This document shows positions 58,497 through 64,000 of a stretch of DNA of 64,000 nt, piece after piece. The stretch comes from an uncultured Bacilli bacterium. GTDB taxonomy: Bacteria > Bacillota_I > Bacilli_A > RF39 > UBA660. Made by a program: the position numbers and the translations under genes. Where the stretch lies: the NCBI GenBank assembly GCA_947629035.1, contig CANRCE010000001.1, positions 23,037-87,036 of the forward strand, in the 5' to 3' direction. Each line of letters starts with the position of its first letter. Position 1 is the stretch's first letter. The notes beneath the pieces were generated by a model. It searched no databases. It was not told where the DNA came from and saw only the letters and a program-made list of their open reading frames with translations.

Positions 58497-59609
58497 ATGA
58501 ATTTTATAATTAAAAAAGATATTCTTTTAGAAAACTTAAATAATACTTCAAAAGCAATATCATCAAAAAATTTAATTCCAATATTGTCTGGAATAAAATT
58601 TGAATTAAAAGAGGATGGTTTATATTTATATGCAAGTGATACTGATGTTACTATAAGGACTTTTATAGATAAAAGTAAAATTACTGAAATAAAAGAACTA
58701 GGTAGTATTGTTATTGGTGGAAAATATATTGTAGATATAGTAAGAAAATTACCTGATACCGATATTAAATTTGAAGTTATTGATGGTTATAAAATGTTAA
58801 TTAGTACAGATAATACAGAATTTAATTTAAATGGTATTAATCCTTCAGAATTTCCAGATTTAGATTTAGAAATGACTAAAGAACCAATTATCTTAAATAC
58901 TGAAATATTTAAAACAATTATTAATCAAACTTATTTTGCAACTTCACAAAATGAATCTAGACCTTTATTAACAGGAATTAATTTTATTATAAGTAATAAT
59001 AAGCTAGAAGTTATGGCAACAGATTCTTATCGTTTATCAAAAAAAGAAATTACTTTAGATACAAATATCGAAAATGATATAAACGTTGTAATACCAGCAA
59101 AAAATTTGGTAGAATTATCGAAAATGATGGTTGATGATGATATATTAGAAATTCATTTATTTAATAATAAAGTATTATTTAAATATAAAAATATAATATT
59201 TTTATCAAGATTATTAAGTGGTGATTATCCTGCTACTGCCAAAATAATTCCAACTGAATTTATGATAAATATTACTTGTGATTTTTCAACTTTTTTTGAT
59301 ATGATAGATAGGGCATCATTACTTACTTCAGATAAAGATAAAAATATAATAAAATTAGAATTAACAACAGAAAATTTAATAGTATCATCAAATTCACCAG
59401 AAATTGGTAAAGTAGAAGAGAAAATAAAAATGCCTAGTGAGAAATCTATAAAAATATCTTTTAGTTCTAAATATATGTTAGAAGCTATAAAAAGCTTTAA
59501 TCAAGATACTATTACGATATGTATGAATGATGATAGTAGTCCAATTGTTATAAAGTCTTCAAAAGAACAGACATTAATTCAATTGGTATTACCAATAAAA
59601 ACTTATTAA
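58497..59609 (+). CDS. dnaN: DNA polymerase III beta sliding clamp
   Basis: 370 aa. MNFIIKKDILLENLNN.SKAISSKN.IPILSGIKFEL, three-domain clamp length. Confidence 0.9.
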   Translation: MNFIIKKDILLENLNNTSKAISSKNLIPILSGIKFELKEDGLYLYASDTDVTIRTFIDKSKITEIKELGSIVIGGKYIVDIVRKLPDTDIKFEVIDGYKMLISTDNTEFNLNGINPSEFPDLDLEMTKEPIILNTEIFKTIINQTYFATSQNESRPLLTGINFIISNNKLEVMATDSYRLSKKEITLDTNIENDINVVIPAKNLVELSKMMVDDDILEIHLFNNKVLFKYKNIIFLSRLLSGDYPATAKIIPTEFMINITCDFSTFFDMIDRASLLTSDKDKNIIKLELTTENLIVSSNSPEIGKVEEKIKMPSEKSIKISFSSKYMLEAIKSFNQDTITICMNDDSSPIVIKSSKEQTLIQLVLPIKTY

Positions 59610-59704
59610 AATATAAAATAAATAATAACAATTTTAGAAAAATAAAACCTAAAATTGTTTTTTATTTTTCTAAAAATAATATTTAAAAATTATAATTTTA
59701 ATTT

Positions 59705-59745
59705 TATTCGACATTATTTGACTTATTTCGACAAAATTGTATGAT
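59705..59745 (+). promoter_or_regulatory. Putative promoter of the comK-like gene (TTGACT-16-TATGAT) with flanking direct repeats TTCGACA
   Basis: TTGACT at 59718-59723 and TATGAT at 59740-59745. TTATTCGACA (59705-59714) and TATTTCGACA (59724-59733) are direct repeats about 19 bp apart. Confidence 0.35.
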
Positions 59746-59780
59746 TTAATAAAAAGTTAAGTGAGGGGGTGAAGTAGTTT

Positions 59781-60221
59781 ATGAAAAGTAATTATACAAT
59801 TAATGAGAATACTTATCTTATTTCACAAGAAGGACGTAAGAGATCAAAAACAAAAATAATTGAAGAAGAAGCAACTTTTTTTGTTAACAAGCAGTGTTTG
59901 GAAGTAATTGATGATAGTTGTACAAATTATGGTAGTAGTTTTATAGGACAAAAAGAAAATACTAAAAAATTATTGAATATAAATATAAAACCACCTATTG
60001 TTGTTGATAAAGTTAATACCTTAATTTTTTTTCCAACAGCAAGTCCTAAATCAACAGAATGTATATGGATATCATATAATAATTTAAAATCATATAAAAA
60101 GATGAATAAGATAACTCGTTTGACATTTAAAAATAATAAAATGTTTGATATTCCAGTTACTTATGAAATAATAGATAATCAAGTTACTAGATCAATAAAA
60201 TTAGAAAAAAAATGTCAATAA
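59781..60221 (+). CDS. comK: ComK-family competence transcription factor
   Basis: 146 aa. FFVNKQCLEVIDDSCTNYGSSFIGQKENT...IKPPIVVDKVNTLIFFPTASPKSTECIWISYNNL...ITRLTFKNNKMFDIPVTYEIIDNQVTRSIKL aligns block by block with B. subtilis ComK (CVFYVNMKPLQIVDRSCRFFGSSYAGRK...HKPPIMVDPSNQIFLFPTLSSTRPQCGWISH...TEVTFSNGKTMELPISYNSFENQVYRTAWL). Confidence 0.7.
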   Translation: MKSNYTINENTYLISQEGRKRSKTKIIEEEATFFVNKQCLEVIDDSCTNYGSSFIGQKENTKKLLNINIKPPIVVDKVNTLIFFPTASPKSTECIWISYNNLKSYKKMNKITRLTFKNNKMFDIPVTYEIIDNQVTRSIKLEKKCQ

Positions 60222-60410
60222 TTTGAAAGTAAATCTTATAAGTTATTATTAAAAATTAAATAGGTTCTTAATAATAAAAATTATGATGTAAAAAAAGAAA
60301 AAATCAATTGATTTTTCTTTTTTTTAAAGTAAATTTATGATATAATTATATTGTGTATAGGGATACTGACTTTAAAAAAGGTGATAAAATGAGCTATAAA
60401 ATTAAATTAA

Positions 60411-61502
60411 ATGAAAATAGAAACATTGAAACTTAAAAATTATCGAAATTATGAAGAGTTAGATATAAAACTTCATGAAAATTTAAATATTGTAATAGGA
60501 GATAATGCTCAAGGAAAAACAAATATATTAGAGTCAATTTATGTATTAGCTATAACTAAATCATTTCTATCTATTCCTGAAAAAAAAATGATAATGTTTA
60601 ATAAGGATTTTTTTAGAATAGAAGCAAATGTAATTAGTGATGGAGTGGAAAAAAAATTAGAAATAATTACGACACCATCGACTAAAAAAGTTAAAATTAA
60701 TAATCAAGAAATAAAAAGAATAGGAGATTATATTTCACATTTAAATGTCCTTTTATTTAACCCTGATAATATAAGGATGATAAAGGAAGGTCCTCATGTA
60801 AGAAGAAAATATTTAAATGTTGAAATAAGTCAATTAAATAATAAATATATTAATATTTTAAATGAATATAATATTATTTTAAAACAAAAAAACGAATTTT
60901 TAAAAATTATTAATGTTAATATTAAAAGTAATATCGATTATTTAGATATTTTAAATAGTAGACTTGTTGAAAAGGCTGTGGATATTTATAAATATCGAAA
61001 AAAATTTATTGATAGAATAAATAATAAGATAAGTGACATATTTAAAGTTATAGCAGGTTATGGAAATTTAAAATTATTATATATAAGTCAGGTAGATGAT
61101 GTAAATTCACAAGCTAATTTATTAGAAAAATTAAAAAAAAATTATCAAAAAGAGCTTAATTATAAAGTTAGTCTCATTGGTACACATAGAGATGATTTTC
61201 ATTTTATTTTAGATGATAAAGATATATCGTTGTATGGTTCACAAGGTCAACTTAGAGTGGCTATTCTTGCTCTTAAATTGGCAGAAGTGTCTATTTTTTA
61301 TGAAGATACTAATGAGAATCCTATATTATTATTAGATGATATATTTAGTGAATTGGATATAAATAAAAGAAATAAGTTAATTGAGTTATTAGATAATGAT
61401 GTTCAAACTATTATAACGACTACTGATTTACATTCAATTGATGAAAGATTAACAAAAAATGCTAAAATATTTAAGATATCTCAAGGTAAATTAGTGGATT
61501 AG
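60411..61502 (+). CDS. recF: DNA replication and repair protein RecF
   Basis: 363 aa. Walker A IVIGDNAQGKTNILESI, ABC signature/Walker B region LLLDDIFSELD. Confidence 0.9.
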   Translation: MKIETLKLKNYRNYEELDIKLHENLNIVIGDNAQGKTNILESIYVLAITKSFLSIPEKKMIMFNKDFFRIEANVISDGVEKKLEIITTPSTKKVKINNQEIKRIGDYISHLNVLLFNPDNIRMIKEGPHVRRKYLNVEISQLNNKYINILNEYNIILKQKNEFLKIINVNIKSNIDYLDILNSRLVEKAVDIYKYRKKFIDRINNKISDIFKVIAGYGNLKLLYISQVDDVNSQANLLEKLKKNYQKELNYKVSLIGTHRDDFHFILDDKDISLYGSQGQLRVAILALKLAEVSIFYEDTNENPILLLDDIFSELDINKRNKLIELLDNDVQTIITTTDLHSIDERLTKNAKIFKISQGKLVD

Positions 61503-61508
61503 GAGGGA

Positions 61509-63440
61509 ATGATGAAAATGGACAAGACAATGAATGAACATTATGATGCTTCGGATATTCAAGTATTGGAAGGATTAGAAGCAGTAAGAAAAAGACCAGG
61601 TATGTATATAGGCTCTACTAGTTCAAGAGGGCTTCATCACCTTGTTTGGGAAATAGTAGATAATGCTATTGATGAGGCTTTAGCTGGTTATTGTGATGAT
61701 ATAGAAATTATAGTTAATAAAGATGGTTCTGTTACTGTTAAAGATGATGGAAGAGGTATTCCTGTTGGAATTCATAATAAAACTGGAATTTCTACGGTTG
61801 AAACGGTTTATACGGTGCTACATGCTGGTGGAAAGTTTGGTGGAGGAGGATACAAAGTCTCTGGTGGTTTACATGGTGTTGGAGCCTCTGTTGTAAATGC
61901 TTTAAGTAAAAGAGTTGAGGTTACTGTTTATAAAGATGGAAAAATATATAATGCTAAATTTGCCAATGGTGGAAAAACAGTTCAACCACTAACAATAATT
62001 GGTGAATGTAGTATTGAACGTACTGGAACAACTGTTACTTTCTTACCTGATGATGAAATATTTAAAGAAACAACTACTTTTGATTATGAAATATTGAAAG
62101 CAAGATCAAGAGAATTAGCTTTTTTAAATAAAGGACTTAGGATTATATTGGTCGATGATCGTACTGGTGCTAAAGATACTTTTGTTTATGAAGGTGGAAT
62201 TATTGAATATGTTAGATTATTAAATCAAAATAAGACACCTATATTTGATGATATTATTTATGTGGAAGGAACGGAAGATGATGTTTCTATTGAAGTTGCT
62301 TTGCAATATAACGATGGATATAATAGTTCTATTTATTCGTTCGTTAATAATATAACAACTCCAGAAGGTGGAACTCATGAAGATGGGGTTAAAAATAGTC
62401 TTACACGAATTATAAATAATTATGCCAAAAATAGTAAAATGATGAAAGATAATGATGAGTCTTTAACTGGTGATGATGTACGTGAGGGTATTGTTATGAT
62501 TATTTCTGCAAAAGTACCTGAACCACAATTTGAAGGTCAAACGAAGACAAAACTTGGAAATAGTGAAGTTAGAAAAATTGCAGGTAATTTATTTGCTACA
62601 GAATTAGAAAGATATTTATTGGAACATCCTGATGAAGCTAAATTAATTGTTGAAAAAGCAATGACAGCTGCTAGAGCTAGAGTTGCAGCCAAAAAAGCTC
62701 GTGAATTAACAAGACGTAAAGGTGGATTAGAATTAACACAACAATGGGGAAAACTTACTGATTGTTCTTCAAAAGATGCTACTATATCAGAAATGTTTAT
62801 AGTTGAGGGTGATAGTGCTGCTGGTTCAGCTAAAACTGGTCGTGATCCTAAAACTCAAGCTATATTACCTATTCGTGGAAAAATATTAAATGTGGAAAAG
62901 GCAAGGTTAGATCGTATATTTGCTAATGAAGAAATTAGAACGATTATTACAGCACTTGGTACTGGTATAGGTGATGAATTTGACATTTCTAAATTGAGAT
63001 ATTATAAAATTATTATTATGACGGATGCTGATGTTGATGGAGCTCATATAAGAACATTATTATTAACATTATTTTACCGTTATTTTAAACCATTAATTGA
63101 AAACGGTCATATTTTTGCTGCTCAACCACCATTATATTCAATAAAGCATGGAAAAACTATAAAATATGTGTTAGATGATGAGGAAAGAGATGCTTATCTT
63201 GCTACATTACCTAGTAATACAAAATATGAAATTGGTCGTATGAAAGGTCTTGGTGAAATGGATCCTCATGAATTAAGGGAGACTACAATGAATATAGATA
63301 CGCGTGTTTTGAAGCAAATTGATTTGGAAGATGCTATGGCAGCAGATGAAGTATTTCCACTGTTAATGGGTGAAGAAGTAGAGCCAAGAAGAAAATTTAT
63401 CGAAGATAATGCTTTAAATGTTGTAAATCTTGATATATAG
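61509..63440 (+). CDS. gyrB: DNA gyrase subunit B
   Basis: 643 aa. GHKL ATPase motifs ([29 protein letters not shown]), Toprim EGDSAGGSAK, [12 protein letters not shown]. Confidence 0.97.
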   Translation: MMKMDKTMNEHYDASDIQVLEGLEAVRKRPGMYIGSTSSRGLHHLVWEIVDNAIDEALAGYCDDIEIIVNKDGSVTVKDDGRGIPVGIHNKTGISTVETVYTVLHAGGKFGGGGYKVSGGLHGVGASVVNALSKRVEVTVYKDGKIYNAKFANGGKTVQPLTIIGECSIERTGTTVTFLPDDEIFKETTTFDYEILKARSRELAFLNKGLRIILVDDRTGAKDTFVYEGGIIEYVRLLNQNKTPIFDDIIYVEGTEDDVSIEVALQYNDGYNSSIYSFVNNITTPEGGTHEDGVKNSLTRIINNYAKNSKMMKDNDESLTGDDVREGIVMIISAKVPEPQFEGQTKTKLGNSEVRKIAGNLFATELERYLLEHPDEAKLIVEKAMTAARARVAAKKARELTRRKGGLELTQQWGKLTDCSSKDATISEMFIVEGDSAAGSAKTGRDPKTQAILPIRGKILNVEKARLDRIFANEEIRTIITALGTGIGDEFDISKLRYYKIIIMTDADVDGAHIRTLLLTLFYRYFKPLIENGHIFAAQPPLYSIKHGKTIKYVLDDEERDAYLATLPSNTKYEIGRMKGLGEMDPHELRETTMNIDTRVLKQIDLEDAMAADEVFPLLMGEEVEPRRKFIEDNALNVVNLDI

Positions 63441-63452
63441 GAGATGATAGTT

Positions 63453-64000
63453 GTGAATGAAACTGATAGAAAAGTAAATGTTAACATTGTAAATGAAATG
63501 AAAACATCATTTCTAGATTATTCGATGAGTGTCATAGTAGCTCGTGCAATACCAGATGTAAGAGATGGTTTAAAGCCTGTTCATCGAAGAGTACTATATA
63601 CTTTATTTGAAGAGGGAATGACACCTGATAAAAAACATCAAAAAAGTGCTAATGCTGTTGGTGCTGTAATGGGACATTATCATCCTCATGGTGATGCTGC
63701 AATTTACGATACAATGGTTAGAATGGCTCAAGATTTTACTTATCGTCATCCTTTAGTTGATGGTCATGGTAATTTTGGCTCAATTGATGGTGATAAGCCA
63801 GCAGCTAGTCGTTATACGGAGGCACGACTAGAGAAGATTTCAATGGAAATGCTTCGTGACTTAAATAAAGATACTGTTGATTTTATGGAAAACTACGATG
63901 GTCAAAGAAATGAACCAGTTGTTCTACCTAGTAGATTTCCTAATATATTGGTAAATGGAAATATGGGTATTGCAGTAGGTATGGCTACTAATATACCTCC
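63453..64000 (+). CDS. gyrA: DNA gyrase subunit A (5' part; continues beyond the window)
   Basis: Translation [49 protein letters not shown]...[16 protein letters not shown]...RYTEARL carries the active-site Tyr region. Start is GTG 63453 or ATG 63444. Confidence 0.95.
   Translation, partial: MNETDRKVNVNIVNEMKTSFLDYSMSVIVARAIPDVRDGLKPVHRRVLYTLFEEGMTPDKKHQKSANAVGAVMGHYHPHGDAAIYDTMVRMAQDFTYRHPLVDGHGNFGSIDGDKPAASRYTEARLEKISMEMLRDLNKDTVDFMENYDGQRNEPVVLPSRFPNILVNGNMGIAVGMATNIP

Noticed and set aside
1-64000. Search for tRNA or rRNA genes, CRISPR arrays, transposases, integrases or prophage genes
   Set aside because: No GC-rich ~75-nt cloverleaf-like islands, no rRNA-like conserved stretches, no regularly spaced direct repeats, and no recombinase or transposase motifs seen in any frame. 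The R-M island carries no mobility genes.

Overview
Very AT-rich (~25% GC by eye) Firmicute-type chromosomal window, standard genetic code, containing the replication origin region. Right of about 54.9 kb, dnaA(TTG start)-dnaN-[comK-like]-recF-gyrB-gyrA run on the + strand. Left of it, nearly everything is on the - strand: rpmH, mnmE, mnmG, rsmG, a ParB/Noc-like gene, spoIIR, murA, rpmE, rpiB, spoIID, an M23 'spoIIQ-like' gene, spoIIID, mreB/mbl, ychF, pepF, rpsF-ssb-rpsR, rplI, the replicative helicase, walJ, rlmH, dusB-lysS, prfA-prmC, rpoE and argS. I mapped DnaA-box clusters upstream of dnaA and between dnaA and dnaN, the bipartite oriC typical of Firmicutes. The sporulation genes (spoIIR, spoIID, spoIIID, SpoIIQ-like) indicate an endospore-forming lineage, Clostridia- or Erysipelotrichia-like. 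Departures from the conserved Firmicute layout are listed here. (1) A HerA/FtsK-superfamily (DUF87-like) ATPase is inserted between rpmH and dnaA, inside the origin region. (2) rpmH is separated from rnpA-yidC-jag, which sit about 13 kb away on the opposite strand with their own promoter. (3) A two-m5C-methyltransferase restriction-modification island carries two small co-oriented ORFs, candidate heterodimeric REase subunits of the Bpu10I/BbvCI kind. (4) A ComK-family gene lies between dnaN and recF. (5) Three tandem zinc-ribbon membrane proteins share a near-identical 5' module and divergent 3' ends. (6) The ParB/Noc-like protein has a roughly 250-aa P/Q/N-rich tail and no ParA partner. (7) Small genes are inserted in the prfA-prmC and mnmE-mnmG operons. 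I found no rRNA, tRNA, CRISPR array, transposase or integrase. All functional calls rest on motif recognition by eye and need homology searches to confirm.
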